Shown here: positions 38,550-48,714 of the stretch, one piece after another
Layout: each line of letters starts with the position of its first letter
How positions within the stretch are numbered: the first letter of the stretch is position 1
Assembly (NCBI GenBank): GCA_963666425.2
Contig: OY762825.2
Span: 1,536,001-1,600,000, forward strand
From: Bacillota bacterium
GTDB lineage: Bacteria; Bacillota; JAAYKD01
Direction of reading: 5' to 3'
Length of the DNA stretch: 64,000 bases
Translations under genes and position numbers: made by a program
The notes under the pieces: model-generated
Seen by the model: the letters and a program-made list of their open reading frames with translations, nothing else
What the model was told of the DNA's origin: nothing
Database searches by the model: none

Positions 38550-39161
38550 TCATTCGGGTTTCCGGTTGATTCGATCCTCTGCGATTTGCAGAGGCGGTCC
38601 CTGCAGCAAGAGAAAACGATCGGCTACCTGCGCCGCCTCTTCCCGGTCGTGACTTACCCAAACGACCAGCCGTTGCTTACCTTCTGCCATAATCACCTGC
38701 CATAATTGGCGGCGCTGCAGTTCATCCAAGCCTTTTAGCGGTTCGTCGAGCAAGAGTGCATCCCCATCATAGCACAAAGCGCGTCCCAAAGCCAGTCTGC
38801 GTTTCATCCCGCCGGATAATTCAGCCGGATATCGCCTAGCTTCGCTGAGCAAACCTAATTGCTCCAGCCGTCGGTTCACCTCTGCCAATCCGCCGGGAGG
38901 CCGGCAGACGAGAATATTCTGCAGCACATTCAACTGCGGCAGCAGCCTGTCTTCCTGAAACATCATGGCCGGCCGCTGAAATCCATCCCGGATGCTGCCG
39001 CTGTCCGCTTGCTCCAGACCCACCAGCAGGCGCAGCAGCGTCGTTTTACCGCAGCCGGAGGGCCCCATCAGCACCACCACCCCGGATTTTGGCAATTCCA
39101 AAGAAAAATTTTGCAGGACCGGTCGGTCATCAAAACGGAAGTTAATATTTTCTAGTTTCAT
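38550..39161 (-). CDS. NitT/TauT-type ABC ATP-binding protein
   Basis: GPSGCGKT, FQEDRLL, LSGGMKRR and LDEP. Confidence 0.9.
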   Translation of the reverse strand: MKLENINFRFDDRPVLQNFSLELPKSGVVVLMGPSGCGKTTLLRLLVGLEQADSGSIRDGFQRPAMMFQEDRLLPQLNVLQNILVCRPPGGLAEVNRRLEQLGLLSEARRYPAELSGGMKRRLALGRALCYDGDALLLDEPLKGLDELQRRQLWQVIMAEGKQRLVVWVSHDREEAAQVADRFLLLQGPPLQIAEDRINRKPE

Positions 39162-39940
39162 TCCGCCGGCTTCCTCCATTTCTTTTGCAGCCAAACGCTG
39201 AGCAGAAATTCAAAGGCGATACTGATCGTGATCACAACAATCGTCCAAGCAAACAAATCCGCTGTCTCCAGATAAATTTTCGCCAAATATAACTTCGTAC
39301 CAATCCCCAGCCGCGGCAGGCTCAGCACCTCGGTAGCCACACCCGATTTCCAGGCAAAACCAAAGCCAACCAGACAGGCGGTGGTAAAAAACGGCTTGAT
39401 CGCCGGCAGATAGACCGTTCGCCATAAACGAAGCGTGGAAAAGCGATAAACCCAGGCCATCTCCAGTAAATTTTCATCCGCTTCTCTAATTCCGGTTTCC
39501 ACATTACTCCAAACCATCGGTAAAACCATCAAAAAACAGATGAACAGCGGCAGCGCATCGGAAGCAATCCAAATCAGGGCTAAAATCACAAAAGAAGCAA
39601 CCGGCGAGGCTTTGATGATATTCATCGGCAAAGCCACCACCTGACGCAATGCCGGAACAAAAGCAGTAAAAACAGCCAAAAGGCTGCCCAGCAGTACCGC
39701 CAAAGCATAACCCAGAAAGATACGCCGCAAAGAAGCCCAGACGGTATGCCAGAAGGATGCTTCCCCCAGAAGCTCTGCCAAACGCTGCAAAACCTGACCG
39801 GGAGAAGGCAGCAATAAGCTAAGATGCACTCTCGCGGCTGCAATCTGCCAGACAATAAACCAAAACAGCAAGGCGAGACAAAAGAAAAGGGCGGCAGAAC
39901 TCGGCCGCAGCGGTTTTCTCTTGCCGTTGTAAAGCTTCAT
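39158..39940 (-). CDS. NitT/TauT-type ABC permease
   Basis: LPSP, ASPVASF, LLEMA and AWKSGVATE. Confidence 0.88.
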   Translation of the reverse strand: MKLYNGKRKPLRPSSAALFFCLALLFWFIVWQIAAARVHLSLLLPSPGQVLQRLAELLGEASFWHTVWASLRRIFLGYALAVLLGSLLAVFTAFVPALRQVVALPMNIIKASPVASFVILALIWIASDALPLFICFLMVLPMVWSNVETGIREADENLLEMAWVYRFSTLRLWRTVYLPAIKPFFTTACLVGFGFAWKSGVATEVLSLPRLGIGTKLYLAKIYLETADLFAWTIVVITISIAFEFLLSVWLQKKWRKPAE

Positions 39941-39980
39941 CTACTCACCCTCCTCCTGTTTATTTAAAAACGGCGGGATT

Positions 39981-40961
39981 TTATTTGATATAAAGTTCAT
40001 TGCCCGGCAGCTTGCCGCCTACCGATTTGGCATCCGCGGCAAATAAAACCTGCAGACAATTGCCAGCCTTCGTTACCATTTCATCTCCGTCAATATAAAC
40101 AATGTTGCAGAAGGGAATCGCCGCTTTCGCTACCGCTTCTGGGATCACGTTGTATTGTGCGCTCAGAGCAGCCGCGGCATCGACATTTTCATTGGTATAG
40201 TCAACCGATGCGGCATATTCTGCCAGGAAAGCATCCACTGCTTTTTGGTTGGCTTGATAGAATTCTGTGCGCACCGCCAGACACCCCATGACCAAACTGC
40301 CGCCTTCCGGAGCAACGGCTTCCCATTCTTTTGTCATATCCAGTGCAATCCGAACCGCCTCACTCTTCTGCTGCACCGTAGTCACAAAAGGCTGCGGCAG
40401 CAGCGCCAGGTCAATTTGACCCTCCGCCAGTAAAGCAGCGACTTCGGCATGTTCGCTCTTATAAACAATCTGCACATCTTGACCTGGGATCAGGCCATTG
40501 GAAGTCAGAATATAATTCAAAGCATATTCCGGTGTGGAGGCTTGCCCGGTGGCATAAATGGTTTTCCCGCGCAGATCTTCTACCGAATGCACAGTATTGC
40601 CATTTTCAAGAATGAATAAGACACCCAAGGTATTGATCGCCGCCATTTTTACTTTACCTTCCGTTTTGTTGTAAAGCACAGCAGCCAAATTGGCGGGGAT
40701 CGCTGCGATATCCAATTCACCGGCAATCATTTTTGCGCTGATTTCTTCCGGCGCCCCGGCTAACGTAAAATCATACTGGTTGGCAGTTGTCTTTGCTTCT
40801 GCTTTCTGCATTAATTGCAGCATACCAAGGGCAGTCGGTCCTTTGAGAGCGCCGATACGGATGGCAATTTTCTCCGCCGGTTTTTGAGTGCAGCCGGCAA
40901 ACAGTGCTGCCACGAGGGCAATCAGCAGAGTGACGATCAGGATTTTCTTTGTTCTGTTCAA
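39981..40961 (-). CDS. NitT/TauT-type ABC substrate-binding lipoprotein
   Basis: Lipobox FAGC; LKGPTALG, NTLGVL and LPQPFVT. Confidence 0.88.
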   Translation of the reverse strand: MNRTKKILIVTLLIALVAALFAGCTQKPAEKIAIRIGALKGPTALGMLQLMQKAEAKTTANQYDFTLAGAPEEISAKMIAGELDIAAIPANLAAVLYNKTEGKVKMAAINTLGVLFILENGNTVHSVEDLRGKTIYATGQASTPEYALNYILTSNGLIPGQDVQIVYKSEHAEVAALLAEGQIDLALLPQPFVTTVQQKSEAVRIALDMTKEWEAVAPEGGSLVMGCLAVRTEFYQANQKAVDAFLAEYAASVDYTNENVDAAAALSAQYNVIPEAVAKAAIPFCNIVYIDGDEMVTKAGNCLQVLFAADAKSVGGKLPGNELYIK

Positions 40962-40967
40962 TTGGAT

Positions 40968-41672
40968 CTACCTCCGTCCATTTATCTCTTTGATCTGGGA
41001 AATACCGCTCGGCAATCCGCTTTGCAGGCTCAAACTGCCATTCGCGTTTTCTATCAGCGTTCCGTCTGCTTTCAGCGCATCCAGCGCCCGGTAGAAAGTA
41101 GCTCGGCTCATATTCAGGCGTTTGCTCAGCTGCAGCCGGCTGCAGGGCAGAAAAAATTCATAGGTTTCACTGGCCGACGCTTGACTGGTCAGAAAAACCA
41201 ACAGGGCAGCCCGCGGCGTTGTGGCTGCAAAACCACTGATCTTTTGATTTAAAAAGATAATCCGACCGGACAGGAAGCTCAGGAAGTTACGGCAGATAGA
41301 AAACTCTTCCTGAAAAATCGCTTCCAGCTGCGCAGCCGATAAGAACATCACCAGCGATTTTTTCTCTGCTGTGACCTGAGAGACATAAGTTTCGTTCTCA
41401 TTGAACAACGAAGCAACACCAAACATCTGACCAGGCTGGATCGTATTCAATAAAACATCTGCTGTCGTACTGACCCGCAGGCACCCCGCTAAAACAATGC
41501 CAGCCGCCCGGCGAAAGTCATGCAGATCATAGACGCAAGTCCCTGCCACATACGATTCCAGGCTGTAACGCCCCTCCAGCAAATCAAGCAACCGTCCGGC
41601 TTCCACATTGTAAAACAACGGCGTCTGCTGCAGTTGCTTCACAAAATGGAACAAGCTGTTTTCTTGTTCCAC
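40968..41672 (-). CDS. Crp/Fnr family transcriptional regulator
   Basis: cNMP-like domain (PGQMFGVASLF) and C-terminal HTH LSKRLNMSRATFYRAL. Confidence 0.85.
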   Translation of the reverse strand: MEQENSLFHFVKQLQQTPLFYNVEAGRLLDLLEGRYSLESYVAGTCVYDLHDFRRAAGIVLAGCLRVSTTADVLLNTIQPGQMFGVASLFNENETYVSQVTAEKKSLVMFLSAAQLEAIFQEEFSICRNFLSFLSGRIIFLNQKISGFAATTPRAALLVFLTSQASASETYEFFLPCSRLQLSKRLNMSRATFYRALDALKADGTLIENANGSLSLQSGLPSGISQIKEINGRR

Positions 41673-41687
41673 AGCCTCACCTCACAA

Positions 41688-41743
41688 TGTCTCATATGAT
41701 ACATTTTCTTTTTTATTGTAATCCATAAATAACATTTAGTCAA
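41688..41743 (-). promoter_or_regulatory. Promoter plus imperfect palindrome upstream of the Crp/Fnr gene
   Basis: TTGACT-N17-TACAAT (41743-41715); ATGTCTCA-TA-TGATACAT near 41688-41704. Confidence 0.55.
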
Positions 41744-41778
41744 GAGAAACCGTGCGAGAGAAACTGTCTGATTCTGCA

Positions 41779-42483
41779 TCACGGTTCCATTTGTTGATTG
41801 ATGTCCTGCCAAAGGCCATTGAGAAAAGCAGTGATATCGCGGCATAACAAAGGCAAATCCTCGCTGTCGCAGATCTTATGCCAACTGCGCCGATAATAGT
41901 GCAATTGCTTTGTGTCAGTTACCAGATGACGGTCCCACCAGGCCGCGCTTTTGCGATCCACTGTTTCATCATAAATCGATTGTCCGATGAATACGGGTAA
42001 ATGCACCTCTGCGGCAAGCGGCAGTGTTGCCTGGCGCAGCCGCCAAAATGCCCAATTGGCTTTCAGATTCTGCTTCGTCATCGAGCTTGTGATCCGGTGC
42101 CAATGATATTTCCTGCCGTGTTTCCAATCGTCGCCGAGCCAGTGCAGCACGCTGGCCGCGTTACCGATATACACCGGTGTATTGATCATGACCAATGCCG
42201 CCGGCGTACGCAGTGCGGCCAACTGCAAACCGAGCAGGCCGCCCATCGAGAAGCCGACCAAAGCAACAGTCTGCTCCGGCGTTGCCAAAAGATCGTATTC
42301 TTGCAGCGCTGCCGCAATAAAGTCCGCCGCTTTGGCTCCCTTGATCTTACCCTTGTTCTTATGGCCCGGCAAGACGAAGCTGCGGCAAAGAAAACCTGCC
42401 TGCTCAAGACACATATGCAGCAACTCAATTTCTTCTATCCCACCGCCAAAGCCGTGAATCATTAGAATAACCGGCTTCTTCAT
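41779..42483 (-). CDS. Alpha/beta hydrolase (carboxylesterase-like)
   Basis: IHGFGG, LPGH, GFSMGG, D and H. Confidence 0.85.
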   Translation of the reverse strand: MKKPVILMIHGFGGGIEEIELLHMCLEQAGFLCRSFVLPGHKNKGKIKGAKAADFIAAALQEYDLLATPEQTVALVGFSMGGLLGLQLAALRTPAALVMINTPVYIGNAASVLHWLGDDWKHGRKYHWHRITSSMTKQNLKANWAFWRLRQATLPLAAEVHLPVFIGQSIYDETVDRKSAAWWDRHLVTDTKQLHYYRRSWHKICDSEDLPLLCRDITAFLNGLWQDINQQMEP

Positions 42484-42674
42484 ACTTACTCACACCCTTT
42501 CTAGGCTTGGCTCAATTGCTTTTAACCTACTGCAGCGAGCCAATTTGCTGAATTCTACTGAACTTTGTTTTTAAAAATCCTTCATTATTTTCCTCTTGTA
42601 ACTCGTTGACCGATATGGTAAGCTGAAATGATTGAAATTGAGAGTGATTGGCAAAGAAACACGAGGTGCAAACG

Positions 42675-43355
42675 ATGAAATATAACATTATTGGCGACCA
42701 ATTACCGGTAGTCATCTGCGAGCTGCAGGAAGGTGAAACCATGCTGACCGAAAGAGGTTCTATGTGTTGGATGTCACCCAATTTGAAAATGGAAACCACC
42801 ACGAGCGGCGGTCTTGGTAAAGCTTTAGGACGCATGCTAAGCGGGGAAGCCTTATTTCAGAATCGCTATACAGCCGTCGGAAAACCCGGCAAAATCGGTT
42901 TTGCCTCCAGTTTTCCGGGATCGATTCGCGCCTTTGAGATCAGTCCGGGTCACGAATTGATTGTTCAAAAATCCGCCTTTTTGGCGAGTGAGAGTTCTGT
43001 GGAACTCTCTATCCATTTCCAGAAAAAGCTCGGTGCTGCTTTCTTTGGCGGGGAAGGCTTTATTATGCAGAAACTCTCCGGTCAAGGTACTGTTTTTCTG
43101 GAAATTGACGGTTCTGCGGTGGAATACAACCTGGATGACGGTGAATCTATGATTATCGATACCGGGTATCTGGCTGTCATGGACCCAACCTGCAGTATGG
43201 ATATTCAAACGGTCCCGGGAATCAAGAATATGCTGTTTGGCGGGGAAGGCGTTTTCAACACGGTCGTAACCGGGCCGGGTAAGATCACTCTGCAAACCAT
43301 GCCGCTCAGCGGGGTGGCCGGTGCTTTCCGTCCGTTTATCTCACCGGGTAAATAA
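42675..43355 (+). CDS. TIGR00266 / AIM24 family protein
   Basis: LSGEALF, QKSAFLA, FFGGEGF and GPGKITLQTMP. Confidence 0.88.
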   Translation: MKYNIIGDQLPVVICELQEGETMLTERGSMCWMSPNLKMETTTSGGLGKALGRMLSGEALFQNRYTAVGKPGKIGFASSFPGSIRAFEISPGHELIVQKSAFLASESSVELSIHFQKKLGAAFFGGEGFIMQKLSGQGTVFLEIDGSAVEYNLDDGESMIIDTGYLAVMDPTCSMDIQTVPGIKNMLFGGEGVFNTVVTGPGKITLQTMPLSGVAGAFRPFISPGK

Positions 43356-43366
43356 GTTGTTGGAAC

Positions 43367-43407
43367 AAAAAGACGAGATCGTGCTTTTACGGTCTCGTCT
43401 TTTTTTT
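43367..43407. terminator. Bidirectional intrinsic terminator
   Basis: AAAAAGACGAGATCGT...ACGGTCTCGTCTTTTTTTT. Confidence 0.85.
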
Positions 43408-43428
43408 AATCTGCGCCTCGCGCACACT

Positions 43429-44097
43429 TTATTTTTGAGAACCGCAAAGTTGATTAATCTGCGCCGCGGCGGCTTTATCGGTGAAGGCCAACAACTCATC
43501 GCCGCCCTTTAAAATGGTATTTCCGCGGGGAATGATCACGTCTTTACCCCGATTCAAGGCAATCAGAACCGCGTTTTCCGGCAGATCCAACTCCTTGACC
43601 TGCCGATTCGCCGCTGCCGAGCTGTCGCTGATTGTTACCTGCACAATAGCATAATCGCCGCGATTCAGTTTCATCAGGGTCATAATGTGTTTCAGATCGA
43701 TCTCTTCCACCACGAGATGCGCCATCAGATCAGCTTGGTTTAAGCCCACATCCACACCCATTTCAGCGGTAAATAACCAGGCGTTTTGCGGATTGTTGAC
43801 TCTGGCGATCACGCGGCCTACGTTAAATTCAAACTTGGCGATGGTGGAAGCAACCAGGTTTGTTTCGTCGGCGCCGGTCACCGCCACAACCACATCGGCT
43901 GAAGCAATCCCGCAGGCCTCCAAAACGCTCGGTTCGATCCCATTGCCGGAATTGATACACTCCAATGGGATCATCTTTTTCAATTTTGCCAAAGGCGCTT
44001 CATGATTTTCAATGACCATGACAGCACAGCCATTTTCCAATAATAATTTTGCAATATAGGAACCGACTAAGCCGCCTCCGATAATGATGACTTTCAT
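43429..44097 (-). CDS. TrkA/KtrA family RCK protein
   Basis: GGGLVG, TGADETNLV, IARVNNP and TrkA_C IPRGNT. Confidence 0.9.
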   Translation of the reverse strand: MKVIIIGGGLVGSYIAKLLLENGCAVMVIENHEAPLAKLKKMIPLECINSGNGIEPSVLEACGIASADVVVAVTGADETNLVASTIAKFEFNVGRVIARVNNPQNAWLFTAEMGVDVGLNQADLMAHLVVEEIDLKHIMTLMKLNRGDYAIVQVTISDSSAAANRQVKELDLPENAVLIALNRGKDVIIPRGNTILKGGDELLAFTDKAAAAQINQLCGSQK

Positions 44098-44111
44098 TTT
44101 GTTACCTTCCA

Positions 44112-44765
44112 TTATAGCATCACCCCCAGCATGGTTTTTAATTTCTTGGCAGCCGAAGCCGCCACAGTCATGTAAAGCATATCATCCTGCTGCAGCGTGG
44201 TTCCTAGGGTGGGCAGAAAGGATTGATTATTCCGGCTGATGGCAATCACCTGAAACTCACCAATCGAGGTCAGCTCATTGACCGTTTTACCGATCAGGAG
44301 ATGCGGCACTTCGATCCGGATCAGATCTGCATTGTTGTCACCAAAGGTTAAAATAATATCCAGTTGGCTGTAGGTTAAAATATCCATCACCCGGGCAACC
44401 CCCCAGCTGGTGGTGGAGATGGTCTGAATGCCGAGGCTGCGATAGATTTCGGCGCTGCGGGGATCATATAAGCGCGCAATGGCACAGGGCACTTTATAGA
44501 TATTCTTGGATATTCTGGCGATTAAGGCATTGGAATCATCGTTTCTGGTACAGGCCACCACCGCATCCGCCTTGCGAATTTGCGCTTGTTCTAAGATCGT
44601 CTGATCAAAACCGATGCCGACGATGGTTTCTCCTTGAAAGTTCAGGCCAAGCTGTTCCAGTGCGGCTGCATTGGTATCAATTACAGTTACTTTATGACCT
44701 TTGTGCACCAGATTCAAGGCGAGCTGTGAACCAAGCTTGCCGCAGCCTACGATAATCACTTTCAT
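44112..44765 (-). CDS. TrkA/KtrA family RCK protein
   Basis: GCGKLG, GIGFD and ARLYDPR. Confidence 0.9.
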   Translation of the reverse strand: MKVIIVGCGKLGSQLALNLVHKGHKVTVIDTNAAALEQLGLNFQGETIVGIGFDQTILEQAQIRKADAVVACTRNDDSNALIARISKNIYKVPCAIARLYDPRSAEIYRSLGIQTISTTSWGVARVMDILTYSQLDIILTFGDNNADLIRIEVPHLLIGKTVNELTSIGEFQVIAISRNNQSFLPTLGTTLQQDDMLYMTVAASAAKKLKTMLGVML

Positions 44766-44766
44766 T

Positions 44767-47592
44767 TTAGTTGCCTCCTGTTTTTTTTGCTTTGTCCATC
44801 CGACGGACAATCGCTTTTCTCAGTTCCTCAACCAAGAGAATTGGAATGGGAATCACCACTAAAAACAGCCACTCCTGCCAACCGATAGCCGCGGTATGAA
44901 AGGTCACCTGTAAAAAGGGAACATAGATGATGGCGCTCAGCAAGAGGATCTCAAAGACGATGCCAAAGAGCACTTTTCGATTGCTGAAGAGTCCGATTTT
45001 GAAAACGGACTCTCTTTCGGTCCGGCAGTTCAGCACCGCACCGATTTGGCTGAAGACAATCGCCGCCAACGTCATGGTCGTCGCCTTGGCATAAACGGCA
45101 CCATCGGCTGCCAGGGGAACCGCAGGCCAACCATTCAGGTAGTTAACAAAGAAATATGCCGCCATGGAAATGGCCGATCCCATCATGCCATACCAAAGAA
45201 ATGCTTTGATCACATTTCTCCGATTCAACAGACTGTCCGAACGGGAACGCGGCGGCTGATCCATGACGCCTTTTTCGGCTAATTCCGTTCCTAAGCCGAG
45301 CGCCGGCATCATATCCGTGCCCAGATCGATGGTTAAGATCTGCATGACCGTTAAAGGCAGCGGGATCAAGCCTTTGGAAAATAGAAAGGCGGCGGAAGGA
45401 ACCGCTTCCGGCATATTGCTGTTGAGAATGTAGATCAGGAATTTTCTGATGTTGCTGTAAACCGTACGGCCCTCTTCGATGGCTTTGACAATGGAAGCAA
45501 AATTATCATCCGTCAGGATCATATCTGCCGCTTCCTTGGCGACATCGGTACCTGAAATTCCCATTGCCACTCCGATATCGGCTTTTTTCAAGGCGGGGGC
45601 ATCATTCACACCGTCGCCGGTAACAGCAACGATCTCTCCCGCTGCCTGTAAATTGCAGACGACTCTGTATTTTTGTTCCGGCGCAACGCGGGCAAAGATC
45701 ACTTCACCTTTCAACGCGTCTTTTAATTCCTCATCACTTAGCTTCGCTAACTCCTGACCGGAAATGACTCTGGGGTGCTCGCCTTGAACAATGCCAATCC
45801 GCTTGGCGATGCTCTCGGCAGTCAAACCGTAATCACCGGTAATCATGATAATTCGAATGCTGGCTTTGCGGCACTGCGCTACGGCCGCCGCAACTTCCGG
45901 GCGCGGCGGATCGGCCATCACGACCAAGCCGATAAAAGTTAAATTCTGTTCTACCAATTCCGGCGTATAGGCGCTCAAAGCAGTCGGCAGCTGACTCTCG
46001 CCGGTGATGGTACGGCAGGCAATGGCCAGAACCCGCAAGCCGTTGCGGGCGTAGCGGTCGTTGGCCTGCATGGCTTCAGCGCGCTGTTCTTCTGTAATCG
46101 CTTCCACTCGGCCGGAGCGCTGAATTTCTGTGCACAAATCCAAGATTTCCTTGGGAGCACCTTTGACATAAGCGATTCGACCACCGTTTTTCTGGCTGCT
46201 GTTTTGATGGATCGTTGTCATTCTTTTACGCCTGGAATCGAAGGGCAGCTCTCTGATTCTTGGCATTTGGCTGGCCGTTTCTTCTAGGTTAAGCCCGGCT
46301 TTGGCGGCAACCACCGACAGACAAGCTTCGGTTGGGTCACCCAAAACGGTATAGCGATCGGACTCCGCATCGGGCGGAACCAAACGGGCATTGCTGCAAA
46401 GACCGGCTGCAGTCAGCAGCAGTTTCAGGTCCGCATCGCCAAGAGCGCTAACCGGCTTGCCGTCTTGCATGACTTGACCGATTGGCGCGTAGCCCTGACC
46501 GGTCACCGTCAATTCCTGACCCGGCAGCCATAAGTTATTAACCGTCATTTCGTTTTGGGTCAGTGTGCCGGTTTTATCGGAACAAATCACTGTAGTACAA
46601 CCTAGAGTCTCCACCGCGGACAAGCGTTTGACCAAGGCATGTTCTTTGGCCATCCGCTGCACTGCCATCGCCAGGGATAAGGTGACGGTTGGCAATAAGC
46701 CTTCCGGAATAAAGGCAACGATCATGCCCAAGGCAAAAATAAAAGCCTGCGCCACCGGTTGTTTCACGAAGAAAACGGCAGCAATAAAGAAGACCGCACC
46801 GGCAGCCAGAGCCATAAAGGAAACCTGCTTGGTCAGTTGGTCCAGTTCTTTTTGCAGCGGACTCTGCTCTTCTTTCATTTCCTGGGTCAAACCGGCAATC
46901 TTGCCGAACTCTGTTTGCATTCCGGTTGTGATCACCACTGCTTTGGCCGTGCCGCTGGCAACACTGGTTCCGGCGAAAATCAGATTCGGAATCTCAAAGC
47001 GGGACAAACCTTCTCTAAGCACCGGATCGTGCGTTTTGCGAATCGGATTGGATTCCCCGGTCAGGGTTGACTGATCAATTTGAAAATCACTGGTATCCAA
47101 CAAGCGGGCGTCAGCGGAAATTTTGTCGCCTTCCTGCAGTAAGATCATATCACCCGGAGTCAGGTCTTCCGTCAAGATTTGCTGTTCTTTCTTTTCCCGG
47201 ATCACTCTGGCATAGGACGGCAGCATTTTCTTCAGGGCTTCTGTTGCTTTCCCGGCGCGGAATTCCTGCCAAAAGCTAAAAACGCCGTTGATCAGATTGA
47301 CCAACCAGATCGCAACAGCCAATTCGGGCATGTCGGCAAAGAAGGCGATGATGCCTCCGATCCATAAGAGCACTGCCATCAGGCTGATGAAATTGCCGGC
47401 AAAAACCAAAATGATTGATTTGCCTTTCTTCTCGCTGAGAATATTCTTGCCGTAGATCTCGAGATTCCGCTCGACTTCCACAGTCGTTAAACCATCCGGC
47501 CGGGTCTGCATTGTTTGACAGGCCTCCGACGCAGTCAGTTGCTGGATCGTCTCGATTTTCTTTTCTATAACCATTTGCTTTTGTTCACTCAT
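44767..47592 (-). CDS. Cation-transporting P-type ATPase (type II)
   Basis: TGES, PEGL, DKTGT, KGAP and GDGVND. Confidence 0.95.
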   Translation of the reverse strand: MSEQKQMVIEKKIETIQQLTASEACQTMQTRPDGLTTVEVERNLEIYGKNILSEKKGKSIILVFAGNFISLMAVLLWIGGIIAFFADMPELAVAIWLVNLINGVFSFWQEFRAGKATEALKKMLPSYARVIREKKEQQILTEDLTPGDMILLQEGDKISADARLLDTSDFQIDQSTLTGESNPIRKTHDPVLREGLSRFEIPNLIFAGTSVASGTAKAVVITTGMQTEFGKIAGLTQEMKEEQSPLQKELDQLTKQVSFMALAAGAVFFIAAVFFVKQPVAQAFIFALGMIVAFIPEGLLPTVTLSLAMAVQRMAKEHALVKRLSAVETLGCTTVICSDKTGTLTQNEMTVNNLWLPGQELTVTGQGYAPIGQVMQDGKPVSALGDADLKLLLTAAGLCSNARLVPPDAESDRYTVLGDPTEACLSVVAAKAGLNLEETASQMPRIRELPFDSRRKRMTTIHQNSSQKNGGRIAYVKGAPKEILDLCTEIQRSGRVEAITEEQRAEAMQANDRYARNGLRVLAIACRTITGESQLPTALSAYTPELVEQNLTFIGLVVMADPPRPEVAAAVAQCRKASIRIIMITGDYGLTAESIAKRIGIVQGEHPRVISGQELAKLSDEELKDALKGEVIFARVAPEQKYRVVCNLQAAGEIVAVTGDGVNDAPALKKADIGVAMGISGTDVAKEAADMILTDDNFASIVKAIEEGRTVYSNIRKFLIYILNSNMPEAVPSAAFLFSKGLIPLPLTVMQILTIDLGTDMMPALGLGTELAEKGVMDQPPRSRSDSLLNRRNVIKAFLWYGMMGSAISMAAYFFVNYLNGWPAVPLAADGAVYAKATTMTLAAIVFSQIGAVLNCRTERESVFKIGLFSNRKVLFGIVFEILLLSAIIYVPFLQVTFHTAAIGWQEWLFLVVIPIPILLVEELRKAIVRRMDKAKKTGGN

Positions 47593-47631
47593 TGTAAAAA
47601 CCTCATTTATTTTTCCAGAAATTTACTATTG

Positions 47632-47660
47632 ATTATAGCTCTTTCCGAATCAATTTACAA
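47632..47660 (-). promoter_or_regulatory. Promoter of the ATPase-trkA operon
   Basis: TTGTAA-N17-TATAAT. Confidence 0.65.
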
Positions 47661-47755
47661 GTACTAGATCAGAAGATGAAACGAGGCGCGCGGTAGAATT
47701 GGTATTGAATTGCCAATGCAACAATCATTTTAGTATTTAAGCAAAATACTCGTCA

Positions 47756-47796
47756 AAGAAGGCGGAACCGCTGCTCAAAACGGTTCCGCCTTTTTT
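47756..47796. terminator. Terminator-like hairpin downstream of citG
   Basis: AAGAAGGCGGAACCG...CGGTTCCGCCTTTTTT. Confidence 0.7.
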
Positions 47797-47859
47797 GTAT
47801 GCAAACCAGATGTCTACTCTGTTTGCCGTGGCGCAACCGATTGATGAGTTTTTCGCAAA

Positions 47860-48714
47860 TCATCGTATTGTTGTTAGCGCTGACGTTTTACAGGTAAGTC
47901 GATCTAGGAATAAGGTCAAAGCCAATAAATCGGCAGAGCCACCCGGGCTGATATGCAGAGCGATCAATTCCTGATCGAACTGCCTTACCGCGGCCAGACT
48001 GAATTCCTGGCAGATCTCTGCCGCTCTCTGCTGCACCAAAGCCACTCCGATCTGACCTTTGCGGGAAAGCACATTGGTATCCGTCACCTGCTGCATGAAG
48101 TGCAGCAGCGTATGCACGCCTGCTTCGTTGGCATCACAGCCTTCTGCGATCAGCCTTTGATAAAACGGCAGACCGTACTGCCGCACCGATGCAAAACCGC
48201 TTTCTGCTTCTCCCCGCGCACCCAGCGCTCCCGGCGGCGGCTCTGCGCTTTTTTGCTGGCTGCTTCGCGCCGACGCGTAGGCAACACCCAATTCGCGCTG
48301 ACAGATCCCCGCCGTCATGGCAGCAATAGTCTGACAGAGCTGCTCGGCCGTGGGCATCGCGTTGCTGCAGTAACCCACAGCAGCGCAAAGCAAACCCAAA
48401 GAGAAGAGTGCCCCCTTGTGGGTATTGACACCGCCGGTCGCTGCAAACATGGCTGCCTCACCGGCACGTCCAATTTGACGCAGGTCGGGCAGCAGTTGAG
48501 CCGGAGATCTTTGCCGGTGCTGCTCTGCAAACGCCGCCAGAGCGGCAAAGCAGGGTTCTACAGCGGCAGCGCTGAGGGTGAAGGTTGTCAGATTCATATC
48601 GCAATGCGCGCCGCTGTTGCTGCGGTCGACTAGACCTGGTTTGGGTGTCAGATTGACCTCCTCCAGCAAAGCTAATTTGGCCAGGGATGCAATTTCATTT
48701 GCTGTCAGACGCAT
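47860..48714 (-). CDS. citG: Triphosphoribosyl-dephospho-CoA synthase
   Basis: PKPGLVD, GVNTHKG, GARGEA and SPGGSADL. Confidence 0.93.
   Translation of the reverse strand: MRLTANEIASLAKLALLEEVNLTPKPGLVDRSNSGAHCDMNLTTFTLSAAAVEPCFAALAAFAEQHRQRSPAQLLPDLRQIGRAGEAAMFAATGGVNTHKGALFSLGLLCAAVGYCSNAMPTAEQLCQTIAAMTAGICQRELGVAYASARSSQQKSAEPPPGALGARGEAESGFASVRQYGLPFYQRLIAEGCDANEAGVHTLLHFMQQVTDTNVLSRKGQIGVALVQQRAAEICQEFSLAAVRQFDQELIALHISPGGSADLLALTLFLDRLTCKTSALTTIR

Noticed and set aside
47660-47800. Riboswitch (c-di-AMP or yybP-ykoY) for the cation ATPase
   Set aside because: No consensus motifs, and the predicted promoter lies only ~40 bp from the start codon, downstream of this region.
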